Source: Naegleria gruberi
Lineage: Eukaryota
Reading direction: 5' to 3' (one strand)
DNA length: 64,000 nucleotides
Assembly (NCBI GenBank): GCA_000004985.1
Contig: GG738850.1
Below, in pieces: positions 20,980 to 31,217 of this stretch (its first letter is position 1; every line of letters begins with the position of its first letter). The notes below the pieces were generated by a model, which saw nothing but the letters and a program-made list of their open reading frames with translations, did not search any database and was not told where the DNA came from. Made by a program: the position numbers and the translations under genes.

Positions 20980-21050
20980 TGCGTCGACCGGGAATTGAAC
21001 CCGGGTCACGGCGATGGCAACGCCGTATTCTACCACTAAACCATCGACGC
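20980..21050 (-). tRNA. tRNA-Gly (anticodon GCC), second identical copy.
   Basis: Identical to the 18663..18733 copy across the mature tRNA and 11 nt of 5' leader (cttagtaagaa on the coding strand). A T6 run lies about 8 nt downstream of the 3' end. Confidence 0.9.
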
Positions 21051-21623
21051 TTCTTACTAAGTAATGAAATTTTACAAGCACGATACAACCTTATTGGGTT
21101 AGAAAATATTAGCTGAAGTAATAAAACTACCACATCATACTAGAGCTAGTATTAGAAGAGTTTCGGCTCTTTCGAAAATGAAATTTTTCTTCAAATATAC
21201 ACATTCATTTTCATGTATAATTTAAAATAGGTTCAAATTCAATTTGGTAGAATTACAATTGAAAAGAAAATTGCTTGTAAAATTTTCCTTATGTTCCTTA
21301 AAGAAATTGGACCACCATTAAATAATGATCACGAACATTCTAATGAAACGTAAATTGATTATTATATAATACATAAAATCCAATTCAAAGTCAAGGATAT
21401 TATACTAGTTATCAAATAATACCCATCTATTGTATAGATAATGGATCAGGTATTAACATGTTCGTAAAAAATTCCTGGTATTCCTTCCTTTTTGTGCAAT
21501 TCAAAAAGTAGGAACAGACAACTATCATTGTCAAGCCTTTGCTAAATATCTTCTTTAATAAATTAATTTTATTTTTTAAAAAATTCATGAAATTGTGCTG
21601 AAGCCTAATAATTGATCGGAAGA

Positions 21624-23717
21624 ATGACAACAAATATACCTTCATCTAATCATCAGAATGGATTGTTGTTGGCGAGGAATAAATTTAGAGAAATGAATAA
21701 TGATATTTACAGTGTAATCATGTCCTTTATGGATGTGATGAATTCATCATCGTTTTATTCATTCCTCTACCAGAAATATAATGATCAGAGTGATGAATTG
21801 TTGAAATTTATATTCCCAGCACTTTATAATTTGAGTAATAATTCTTCATCATCGGATCAGCCAACAAATAATAATACTACTATTAAAGTTAATAGTGAAT
21901 TGACTGAGATAACATTTATATTACATTGCCTTGGATTAGTGAATCAATTAAAATCAGCAGTTACATTTAATTCACTGCCTCCTTTGGAAGTTTTCCCTAA
22001 CATTGACTTGTACAAGGAATGTGATAATTTTGTTTCCTTGTTGGAGTTGATTAAAACCGAATATATTTACTATAAGAAAGTTGACCGTCTAAAATTATTT
22101 AAATTTGTAATGAATTTAGATTGTTTGGCAAGATATATTGGATATGGGCTTTCACACTTTAATTTAAAAACAAAGTCTTTGAAAGATTCCTATTTTACAA
22201 CATTTTCAGCTTTACCATTCTTGAAGAAGGTAAAGGAAACTCTTTTAGAAAAGTTTGAACCAATCCAACTTTTTGAAAAGTATCACATACCAATTACTTC
22301 ACGTGCAATGAAGGAAATTTTGAATCAAATGACCTTTAGATCGAATAAGTATATCAGCTCATTCTATTACTCTACGTATGGTTACTCTCTATGCATGGAT
22401 ATTATAAGAGTTACTGAACATGAAATTATGGAGGAAGATTTTGTCAATACTCTTTCTTATTCATTTAAACTTAATTTTTTGAAGGATTTACATATTTGGG
22501 CGGATTTCAGAAAGATAAAGAATGAGAAATTATTTTTTGATCAGCTTTTGAAGCTCATCGCAAATTTGAACAATAATTTGAATTTGCTCTACATAGATAT
22601 TGACTATTACGAAAATGAAGATCAACTTGTCAAATTAATGGAACTACTCAACTCGGTAAAGAAGAATTTGCACCATTTGACAATATCTACATATACAGAA
22701 TCAAAAGATATGGATCCTTTCGTTAAAATTTCAAAACTTGACTTTACTCACAATATCAAACACTTGACTCTCATCGATAAGAATAATTTCAACTTGTTGA
22801 ATAGGCTAATTTTCAAGAATGCTTCCAGTTCTGAAAATTCAAAACTTGAACAGCTAACAATATCAAATATTGACTATTTATACATGTTTTTGAATGCTCA
22901 TACATCCCTTAAGAGACTTGATTTTTATGGGAATTTGAATTCAACTAATGAGAGCTTTAACGATACAAACCTTATCAAGGAATCATTTATGAACCTCAAG
23001 TCCTTAGATACTGTCTTTATAGATGATAGAAATGAAGCATTGGGATACTCTGTTCTTGGAAATATGGGAATTTATATCAATAACATTATCTTCAAATATA
23101 GTAAGAATGGATATACACTTTCCTCTCTCATTGAATGCTTTAAAAGAAACGCCAGAAGAGTTGACAAATTAACTATTATTGACAATACTAACTTTGGCAC
23201 AAATATCCAATTATTGTGTAAGATTGTTTCATCATTTTTGTTTGATAATATTCTGAACCAATTGGTCATACACACAAGACATGTGTCATTGTTGAACGAA
23301 TTGACCTTCTCAATCCACCACATGTTCTCACCAACTGAGCTCGAATTGAAATATCTTCAGATTATTAAGAAGTTGAATTCTATTGATTTTATTCTATTTA
23401 TTGGAAAGGCTAATAATCCAAACAATAACTTTACCAACTCGAATTTAAATGTAACCATAACAATAGTTCATAGCATACCAATATCTGGAGAATTTAATAT
23501 CAAGGATGAAATTATTGATAAAAGAGCAGAAATAGAAAGTGTAATGAGTAATGTCTGTATTTTGGGAAGTAGTGTCCAATTAGATCAGGTTGATATTCAC
23601 ACATTCAGACCACCTTTCAATCATTATTTATTCTATAGATTTTTGCATTCACTCTCATTTTCCAATAATTTAACACTGACTAGATCATCACTTTATCAAT
23701 TAATGATTGTGAAATAA
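21624..23717 (+). CDS. Hypothetical protein with leucine-rich-repeat-like segments.
   Basis: About 698 aa from the ATG at 21624; the track start at 21612 is a TTG. Repeated L.xL.L..N patterns (NLNLLYIDI, LTISNIDYL, KHLTLIDKNNFNLLNRL) suggest an LRR or F-box-LRR-like fold. No firm family. Confidence 0.55.
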   Translation: MTTNIPSSNHQNGLLLARNKFREMNNDIYSVIMSFMDVMNSSSFYSFLYQKYNDQSDELLKFIFPALYNLSNNSSSSDQPTNNNTTIKVNSELTEITFILHCLGLVNQLKSAVTFNSLPPLEVFPNIDLYKECDNFVSLLELIKTEYIYYKKVDRLKLFKFVMNLDCLARYIGYGLSHFNLKTKSLKDSYFTTFSALPFLKKVKETLLEKFEPIQLFEKYHIPITSRAMKEILNQMTFRSNKYISSFYYSTYGYSLCMDIIRVTEHEIMEEDFVNTLSYSFKLNFLKDLHIWADFRKIKNEKLFFDQLLKLIANLNNNLNLLYIDIDYYENEDQLVKLMELLNSVKKNLHHLTISTYTESKDMDPFVKISKLDFTHNIKHLTLIDKNNFNLLNRLIFKNASSSENSKLEQLTISNIDYLYMFLNAHTSLKRLDFYGNLNSTNESFNDTNLIKESFMNLKSLDTVFIDDRNEALGYSVLGNMGIYINNIIFKYSKNGYTLSSLIECFKRNARRVDKLTIIDNTNFGTNIQLLCKIVSSFLFDNILNQLVIHTRHVSLLNELTFSIHHMFSPTELELKYLQIIKKLNSIDFILFIGKANNPNNNFTNSNLNVTITIVHSIPISGEFNIKDEIIDKRAEIESVMSNVCILGSSVQLDQVDIHTFRPPFNHYLFYRFLHSLSFSNNLTLTRSSLYQLMIVK

Positions 23718-23718
23718 A

Positions 23719-24891
23719 TTATTTCCATCGTTTAATTTGTGAAATTTCTTTAGAACATATTGGACAGTTCACAATATGCTCACTCGAATCGTTCAATAAT
23801 GCACTTTGAATACAGTAATAGCAAAATCGATGTTTACAATCCCCATCATGACTTGTGAATGGAATAAGTATTGGGTTACTGTTACAATATGGACATTCAT
23901 CATTCAGTTTGTCAACATCTACACCGTCCTGACTAGTCAAATTCTTTGCAATAATACTTGCTGTGGAATTTGGTGTACTTTCTCCAAGATGGAAAATTTG
24001 TGATTTGATTGTCAAATAGAATTTTCTGTACAAGAATGTAAAAAGCTTTTTGAAATTGATAAGGGGAGCAATAAATAATATTGTCTCTGCTAACCCATTC
24101 CAAATTAATTCAGTATTCATGTAATCAAAAGATAATTGTCTTATCATAAACCTAGTGGCATAAACCTTTCTCCAATTAAAAACTCTATCTATTACAGACT
24201 TGTACTTTCCCTGGTAGAGGAAAATTACAAAGTTTATAAATTCCAATAATTTGTAATAATATTCAAATTTTTTCAAATAATTAAATGATTCTCTTTTAGA
24301 TAATCGTTCAAATAAATATGGAATACCTATACAAGAAAGTCCATATATTACTTTCGAAATTGTTGATGGATTTTTTAAATTGACTGTATTATATTTTAAA
24401 TTCTGTATTCCATCACCAAAAGATTGATTATTATCAAAAATTGAATATTTGTATATAAATATTCTAATAAATAACATTATTTCCGGTTCATAATTTTCAA
24501 CACTATTAAAATGTTTAAATACTCTTTTAAAATAGCCTTTTAAATAATTTTCAATTTCGAAATCTAATCGATCCGAATCCAATTGATTAACTTTTAAAAT
24601 TTTAATATCATTCAACATGTTGTGATGATGTAAAGATGATGATCCATTCCTCTGATGACTTAAATATTCTTTCAAATTAAAGTATTGTTCCGATTCTGAT
24701 TGATTACTTGAAGCATGATCCAAGCCTTCGTTCCCTTCCATCATTGATGAATTCCCATTGTATGATACATTACCATCACGTGCTTCACTAACAGATGGGA
24801 ATTCATTCTCTTCACTGTTCACAGGAGAGTTTGTTGCAACACCATTATTGTTATTAATAGCAGACAATGTCGATGGTATTGTAGAAGACAT
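23719..24891 (-). CDS. PEX2: Peroxisome biogenesis factor 2 (PEX2), RING-type peroxin.
   Basis: N-terminal Pex2/Pex12 domain and a C-terminal RING (ECPYCNSNPILIPFTSHDGDCKHRFCYYCIQS...CPICSKEI) close to the PEX2 RING ([24 protein letters not shown]). The probable ATG is at 24891 (MSSTIPS); the track start at 25002 is a TTG. Confidence 0.75.
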   Translation of the reverse strand: MSSTIPSTLSAINNNNGVATNSPVNSEENEFPSVSEARDGNVSYNGNSSMMEGNEGLDHASSNQSESEQYFNLKEYLSHQRNGSSSLHHHNMLNDIKILKVNQLDSDRLDFEIENYLKGYFKRVFKHFNSVENYEPEIMLFIRIFIYKYSIFDNNQSFGDGIQNLKYNTVNLKNPSTISKVIYGLSCIGIPYLFERLSKRESFNYLKKFEYYYKLLEFINFVIFLYQGKYKSVIDRVFNWRKVYATRFMIRQLSFDYMNTELIWNGLAETILFIAPLINFKKLFTFLYRKFYLTIKSQIFHLGESTPNSTASIIAKNLTSQDGVDVDKLNDECPYCNSNPILIPFTSHDGDCKHRFCYYCIQSALLNDSSEHIVNCPICSKEISQIKRWK

Positions 24892-25037
24892 GGCTCGAAT
24901 TATTTTTAAAGAAGTGAATTGATGAAAAGCAAAAGAGAAAATTCTTAAGAAAAAAAAGGCGCAACTTATCTTCAACTTCGACTTTTTCTCTCCAGCACCC
25001 AACTAATATTGGCCAACTCCCCAGAGAAGAATAAAAA

Positions 25038-27167
25038 ATGTATCCAGGAGGCAACAACGATCCCAACAATGTTGCTAGGATGGCTCAGCTTTTGAAAAAT
25101 CCGCAGTATTTATCCATGTTGGCCAACAAGATGAACACTCCTTTTTTGCAAGGCCAGCCAACTTTGATACATCACCCAACGGCTGGCACTACAATTACTC
25201 CCAATGCTATGGCATTAATTCAATCAGCTGCTCTTCAACAACAACAACAACAACAGCAGGCTAATATTAATGCAACAACAAATGGAGGAGCTAGAATAAT
25301 GCCATCAACAGCTAGTATTATTCCTAATGGTAATGGTGGAGTAAATAATAATAATAATGGAGCAGTTAGTAAATGGCATGACGATTTGAGTAGACATACA
25401 AGACAGGAATTATTCAATACAATAGTAGAGATTAAAACTGGTAAATCGTTTAATGGTGACAAATCATCTATAGACAGCAATTTGAGCAAATCTATTCTTA
25501 ATCAAATCAGTAGGATATGGAAACAAACAAATTCTAAAGAACAATTTGCTCATGAGTTATCACAATGGCTTGCAACTGAAAATACAGGTGTTTCTGAAAC
25601 AGATATTGAAAAGAAATTGTTGGAGCTCATGAACAAACCTGGTCAACAACAAAAACCATCTTCATCTGTGGGGGTTGAAAACTTGTTTGGAATGATGACA
25701 ACAGCTGCATCATCAATAGGTACAAACAGTTCATTCCCAAATATTACAAATCCCATCAATTCAGCCAAAAACCCAACTGGAGGAACAAATACAACAACAG
25801 CCACAAGCACTTCTACTACCACAACAACATCCAACACAAACACTTCCACTACTACTAATACAGCTGTAAATAATACCAATGGTGTAACCACCACTAGTGC
25901 ACCTCCTGTGCCTAGCACCAATCCAACTAATCCACCCATCAAGAAAATTTCTCCACAAGACATTGAAAAGTATTTAGGATTTGCCGATTTCTTAAAGCAA
26001 CACGAGGATATGATTAGACAATACATTAGATCAGTTGCTACGCAGCATGCCGATTTAACTAAACGACTCAAAACTTTTTCAGTACTCTCATCTGAGGAAC
26101 AAAACAAGGTAAAAGCTAGTATGCAAAAGAATCAAATGATTTTAGCAGAATCTAAAGCACTAGATAAGTTACTTTCATTGACTACTAGAGAAGATCGTGT
26201 GAAACTTTTGGAAAATTTAACTCAAAAATCCTTTGCATTTGCAGTTCATATTAAGGATGTTATCGAGAAGAAATTAAAACCTGTCAAAACTGATACTGCT
26301 CAACCTCCAACTGCTACTGCTCCTCCACCTCCACCTACCACTTCAGCAACAGCCACAAATAATACAAGTAGCACAACCGTTTCTTCAGTATCGTCTACAT
26401 CCTCAATCAATAACGCTACTGCTGTTCCTGTTACAAATCAACCTAGTGTTACTCCAACTCCAACTCAATCGGCAAATCAACAAACAGCACCTGCTAGCTC
26501 ATCTAATCCTCCTTCAGCTGTCCCTTCCACAAATCATAAAAAGGAATCTGGTGATGATGGATTTTTCAATTTGAAAAAGATTGGAGAATCTTCTATTATA
26601 ACATTTAATCAAGATTCCTTTTACTCTGCTTTAGGAGAAATGAATATCAAAAATCTAACACATTCTACTAAGAGAAAACTTATACCTGAGTCTACAGAAC
26701 ATGAAAAAGTTCTAAAGAGAGTCAAAACTCCAATCGACATTTTACAAAACAATTTAACTAATTTAATTGAGTTTGATAATGTAATAGAATTTAAAAATAC
26801 AATTAATATCAAACTTATCGAAGATGCTAGATACCAACTCGATTTTATAATTAACCCTATTGAAAAAGGAATTTTGAATTTACCAATTTTAACTTTATGT
26901 GTAATAGTTAATCATAATGAAATAATACCGTATTCTATATCATTTTCTCAAAACTATGCCAATGAGAAGAATTCTATATTTGTAAATATTAGAAAATATT
27001 TTAATAATTTATTGATTGAAAACACAACTAGTTTTATTAATACAAGTGACATGTTGAGCACCCAAAACAACACTTACCACATACAAAGATATAACCTCTC
27101 CTTGAATTGTATTTTAAATAGTTGGATTACCTCAATTAATACCGTTGTAAAAAAAGAATTGCAATAA
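25038..27167 (+). CDS. Gln/Asn/Thr/Pro-rich low-complexity nuclear-type protein; a weak KIX-like N-terminal segment suggests a possible Mediator-tail/coactivator-like role.
   Basis: 709-aa ATG-initiated ORF. WHDDLSRHTRQELFNTIVEIK resembles the Med15/ARC105 KIX helix (DWR..L.pe.Rq.lVnkIvdtLkrh). The functional call is weak; the ORF itself is long and well supported. Confidence 0.55.
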   Translation: MYPGGNNDPNNVARMAQLLKNPQYLSMLANKMNTPFLQGQPTLIHHPTAGTTITPNAMALIQSAALQQQQQQQQANINATTNGGARIMPSTASIIPNGNGGVNNNNNGAVSKWHDDLSRHTRQELFNTIVEIKTGKSFNGDKSSIDSNLSKSILNQISRIWKQTNSKEQFAHELSQWLATENTGVSETDIEKKLLELMNKPGQQQKPSSSVGVENLFGMMTTAASSIGTNSSFPNITNPINSAKNPTGGTNTTTATSTSTTTTTSNTNTSTTTNTAVNNTNGVTTTSAPPVPSTNPTNPPIKKISPQDIEKYLGFADFLKQHEDMIRQYIRSVATQHADLTKRLKTFSVLSSEEQNKVKASMQKNQMILAESKALDKLLSLTTREDRVKLLENLTQKSFAFAVHIKDVIEKKLKPVKTDTAQPPTATAPPPPPTTSATATNNTSSTTVSSVSSTSSINNATAVPVTNQPSVTPTPTQSANQQTAPASSSNPPSAVPSTNHKKESGDDGFFNLKKIGESSIITFNQDSFYSALGEMNIKNLTHSTKRKLIPESTEHEKVLKRVKTPIDILQNNLTNLIEFDNVIEFKNTINIKLIEDARYQLDFIINPIEKGILNLPILTLCVIVNHNEIIPYSISFSQNYANEKNSIFVNIRKYFNNLLIENTTSFINTSDMLSTQNNTYHIQRYNLSLNCILNSWITSINTVVKKELQ

Positions 27168-27345
27168 TTGTAAATAAACATTGCTATGTACATTCAAATA
27201 TTAAAATAACTGACTTTTGTATAACGTGCACTATTCGAAACTTGTCTAAAGCTTTTTCAATAGATTTAGTAATAAGGGGTATCATTAATGGAAATAGATA
27301 TTTGTTTATTACAATTTGGATATCATGTTCAAAAGAAAGATCAAT

Positions 27346-28395
27346 TTATTTGAAATATTTAACAAGTGAATAGCCTAACAAACCTGTTAAACCAACACCT
27401 AATAATGCAGAACCAATCATTTTGCCATAATATTGAACTGGGTGATGATGCTTATAGTCAATGTCATATATTCCAAACCAATTCTCAACCTTGTTAACAA
27501 CAGAGTTGAAATCCTTCCTTGTTCCAATAACTTGAATATCAAACCTATGTTCGAAACCAATCTTTTCATAAATTGGTCTGCCATCCATTGTTGCATGCAA
27601 TACACAATATTTGTAATTATTGAGTAGAGCAATTTCTAAAAGTAGAGTAACCACCAATGAAGCAAAGCCCTGACCCTGATAATCTGGTCTTGTTGTAATG
27701 GAAAATAATGAGGATATTTCCCTTCCCTTAATGAGTTGACCACATGCAACAACTCTTCCATCCTTTTTAACAATGACCCATTCATAAACTTCTGATTTCA
27801 ACACATATTGAGCATATAATTGACTTGCATCTTTTGGTAATTCTTCACCATAGAATGCTTCATAGTAAGTTTCTGCAATTTCAACTGCTTCTTCAGAAGT
27901 ACTCAAAGTTTTAATTACAAAGTCCTTTCCTTGAGCTAGAATAACTCCAGATTCATGTTGAACTTTTTGTAAACTTTCCTCAATAAATCCAAACTCATTT
28001 TTCAACTTTTCCAATATTTTCTCTCTCAATTTCCTACTCTCCATCAAATCACAAATCATTCCAGTACTAACTTCAATCCAACTAATTGGCATCTTGTCAA
28101 AAATTGTTTTTTGCAATCTATCAAACTTTTGTGTCCTATTTTTCGAATCATACATTGGAATAAATAAATAAACAGGTACACCATCCGATTGTTCCCGAAC
28201 AGTTTCCATAAATTGTAAGCTATTTTCACTCCTGGTAACATAGAAAAGTTCAGGTGCTGGCAATTTTTTCAGTATTTCCTTCTTAAATCCTGGCATGCTT
28301 GTATTCTCATTCTCATACAGGTCAAAAACAGAGGGAAAACCTTTAACAAGTGCTGTGTTATAATCAAAGAGTCCATCAATGATGAGTTTGTTCAT
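27346..28395 (-). CDS. GNAT-family N-acetyltransferase domain protein with a C-terminal transmembrane helix.
   Basis: GNAT motif A (VACGQLI...TRPDYQGQGFASLVV) in the C-terminal half; hydrophobic C-terminus (MIGSALLGVGLTGLLGYSLV). Confidence 0.65.
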   Translation of the reverse strand: MNKLIIDGLFDYNTALVKGFPSVFDLYENENTSMPGFKKEILKKLPAPELFYVTRSENSLQFMETVREQSDGVPVYLFIPMYDSKNRTQKFDRLQKTIFDKMPISWIEVSTGMICDLMESRKLREKILEKLKNEFGFIEESLQKVQHESGVILAQGKDFVIKTLSTSEEAVEIAETYYEAFYGEELPKDASQLYAQYVLKSEVYEWVIVKKDGRVVACGQLIKGREISSLFSITTRPDYQGQGFASLVVTLLLEIALLNNYKYCVLHATMDGRPIYEKIGFEHRFDIQVIGTRKDFNSVVNKVENWFGIYDIDYKHHHPVQYYGKMIGSALLGVGLTGLLGYSLVKYFK

Positions 28396-28697
28396 TTTTT
28401 TTGTGGAAGTAAAAGAAAATTCATTATTTTTTCACACAACAAAGAATTAAATAATTATTGAGAGAAAATTGTAGATTATTGAATGAATTTATTGTCAATA
28501 AATTCGAAAGAAAGTAAATTGGTAATGACAAGGTTGGATAATTTAGATAATGATATCAAACTCTACTTTTGAAAAAAAGATTTCACATGATGAACTTTAC
28601 ACACCATGATTTCACCTCAACTCTTATTACACTTAAATCAATTTGACCAACATCAATCAATTGTCAACTATTTGATAGCCAAATAACAATAAAAAAA

Positions 28698-29306
28698 ATG
28701 AGTGAACAAACAACACCACAAATTTCCAACAGAAGAAGAAGAAAGCAACAACAAGAAGATGCAGCAATCACTACACCATCTTCACCTCAACACACACCAG
28801 TTGACACACCATCCTCACCAATCAATGCCTCCAACATTCCAACACAAGTCGAACAAAAAGATATCAAAAAACTCTGTGAAGAATTACAAAATAACAATCC
28901 ACTGATTACCACTGTTGATTTGAGTCATCAAATTCTCTCAGTGAATGATATTGCTCTCCTATTGGATGCTCTAACAAAGAATCACTATGTAGTAACTGTG
29001 GATATGACTGCATGTGGTATTATTGATCAGGCTGCTGAGTTTATTGGTGAATTTATTGGTATGAATCATAAGAGTATTAGACATTTGTATTTGGATTTGA
29101 ATCCATTCTCTGATGAAAATGCAATTCTCTCAATTTTGGATGGTTTACAGGAAAATCATCAAATTGTGGATATGACTTTGAATGAAAGTCTTTTACCTCA
29201 AGAACATTTAGATGAAATGGATAGATACTTGTTACGTAATGATGATAGTAATACTACTCTCTTAATATTTTACAAAATATTGATGATTAAAATGATAGGA
29301 AATTAA
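28698..29306 (+). CDS. Small leucine-rich-repeat (RNI/tropomodulin-cap-like) protein with an S/T/P/Q-rich N-terminus.
   Basis: 202-aa ORF with short LRR-like units (LITTVDLSHQILSVNDIALLLDAL; IRHLYLDLNPFSDENAILSILDGL). Confidence 0.5.
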   Translation: MSEQTTPQISNRRRRKQQQEDAAITTPSSPQHTPVDTPSSPINASNIPTQVEQKDIKKLCEELQNNNPLITTVDLSHQILSVNDIALLLDALTKNHYVVTVDMTACGIIDQAAEFIGEFIGMNHKSIRHLYLDLNPFSDENAILSILDGLQENHQIVDMTLNESLLPQEHLDEMDRYLLRNDDSNTTLLIFYKILMIKMIGN

Positions 29307-29609
29307 TTTCCTTTTTTTAATTATTATTGTCTCTTGTCAATTTACAACAACAACTCGACGATCTTCCTATTTGATGATGCTTGTGAATGTTGTTTAATAG
29401 TCAATAATAACACGATTAAATATTTTTGTAAATTTTAAATAACACAAAAACTTTTGTTTCTCTCAAAATAAAATTTAAGCAAAAAAAATACATCAAAGGC
29501 TTTTTCCTTGCCGTTTAAAACTGATTACAAGCGTTTGAGTTTACAAGTATATAAATAATTTAAATCCACCAAATAATTAACAACCTTAAACATTCATCGG
29601 ATCAGAGAG

Positions 29610-31202
29610 ATGGAGTTTCTCAAAAGAAAGTTTGATGCTCTTGCTGATTATTTTGATGAATGGAAATTTAGAATATTATTCTTTTTTGATGAGGATATTT
29701 ATGATTACCTTTCAGAAAATGTCTTGTTTTTAATTTTTATATTATTACCAAATATTTTGGTATTAGTGTGTACTTTTAATATTTGGCCATTCAAGCCAAT
29801 GTATACATTTATATTATTATTTTTATTTAGTGTATATAATAGTATTGTCTTTTTTGAAAGAAAGAGGACTTATCAAATATTTAATTCAAATATTAATGAA
29901 TTGGATAATCTCTATTCTATTAATAAGAAGGATGAAACTAATTTTACTCGTGGTAATTTTTTTAATGAGAGGCCAAGACCTGGAATTCCAAATTTCAGAA
30001 AATCTGTACATCCCTTACTTGGTGCTCGATATGAAAAGGAACACCAAAAACCATTTATTCTTATTAGATTATTTAAAATGATTTTGGGAATTTTGGAAAT
30101 TGTCTTTCATTTTCTAACTGTTGGAGCTCTCAGAAACAAACGTGTGAGGAAGAGCAGATTATTTAAGGAGAGGGAAAAGGTCAATAGAATGACCTACTCA
30201 GAAAAGAAGAGACAGGAGGAAATTGATAATAGACCTGCCAATATGACTACATATTATGACGATATGGTAAGTTGTCTCAAGAAATTTACAATAACCAATT
30301 CAATTAAGGGACCCAAAATTGAGCCACAAGCCTCTGCACCTACTCATGAATCTGAAAATAATATCTATGAAATTGAAATGTGGGAATACTCTCAGTATGA
30401 CAGAGTGTTGGTGACCTACTTTTCTCCAATTCAAGTCTTGTTCATGTTTGCCATTTACTGTTTTGTAACTGGTAATTCCTCTACTATTATACTTACAAAA
30501 GCTGTACTTGTTCTATGTGTATATGTACAGTCTATTTTCTTAGATAGAATTATGATTAATTTGGAAAAGAAAGAATCTGATAAGAAAATTATTTATGCTC
30601 AAGCTCAAAAAGAACAAATTGAGTTTAATAACAGATTTAATCAGGTCAAGAATCAATATTTGACCAATATTATTAGGGAAAATAATATAAATATATCATT
30701 ACCAACTGATTACCATCCATTACATATTGTTGGTAATTCTATATTAAGCAATTCTAACAATGGAAATAATACAGATGAAATTATTGAAGAGGATGAAATA
30801 ATTATAGAAGATAGAAATCCAAATCAAAACAAACAAGCACACCAAACCACTAGGAGAGAAGAAATAAGGACAGATAGATTTCTGGTACCATCATCCTCAA
30901 GGCAATCAAATTCAAATCCAACCAACTCAACCACTAACAAGATGCAACTAATTGTCAATCCCAGCGAAACCTCAATTTTTGAGTCAAGAAATGAGCATAG
31001 CAGAGTAAGGGAAGAAATAAGGCAACAAAACCTCCTAGATATGGATTTGGATGAAAGTAGAAGAAACGATAATAGAAAACAACCAACTGTAAGTTCATCC
31101 ACAACTTCATCATCAGTTGATGAGGAAAACCAAAAAAAAAGAAAAGAAAATGAAGGAAATATCTTCCAAAAACACACCAGAAAAAAGGTAAAGCATGATT
31201 AA
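29610..31202 (+). CDS. Hypothetical multi-pass membrane protein with a charged, Asn-rich C-terminal tail.
   Basis: 530-aa ORF with three to four hydrophobic helices in the first 320 aa, then a basic/acidic low-complexity tail. No family recognised. Confidence 0.55.
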   Translation: MEFLKRKFDALADYFDEWKFRILFFFDEDIYDYLSENVLFLIFILLPNILVLVCTFNIWPFKPMYTFILLFLFSVYNSIVFFERKRTYQIFNSNINELDNLYSINKKDETNFTRGNFFNERPRPGIPNFRKSVHPLLGARYEKEHQKPFILIRLFKMILGILEIVFHFLTVGALRNKRVRKSRLFKEREKVNRMTYSEKKRQEEIDNRPANMTTYYDDMVSCLKKFTITNSIKGPKIEPQASAPTHESENNIYEIEMWEYSQYDRVLVTYFSPIQVLFMFAIYCFVTGNSSTIILTKAVLVLCVYVQSIFLDRIMINLEKKESDKKIIYAQAQKEQIEFNNRFNQVKNQYLTNIIRENNINISLPTDYHPLHIVGNSILSNSNNGNNTDEIIEEDEIIIEDRNPNQNKQAHQTTRREEIRTDRFLVPSSSRQSNSNPTNSTTNKMQLIVNPSETSIFESRNEHSRVREEIRQQNLLDMDLDESRRNDNRKQPTVSSSTTSSSVDEENQKKRKENEGNIFQKHTRKKVKHD

Positions 31203-31217
31203 AATAATTCAAAATGA

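Noticed and set aside
18600-21100. tRNA-targeted retroelements (TRE-like) or ex-B boxes near the tRNA genes
   Set aside because: There is no reverse-transcriptase or gag-like ORF, no long terminal structure and no extra B-box motif within 100 bp of any of the four tRNA genes.
25235-26107. Minus-strand ORFs (25235..25489, 25643..26107, 25761..25958) inside the 25038..27167 gene
   Set aside because: They are antisense frames through T/N/Q-rich repeat DNA; their poly-Cys and poly-Val products come from the repeats and the sense ORF is far longer.
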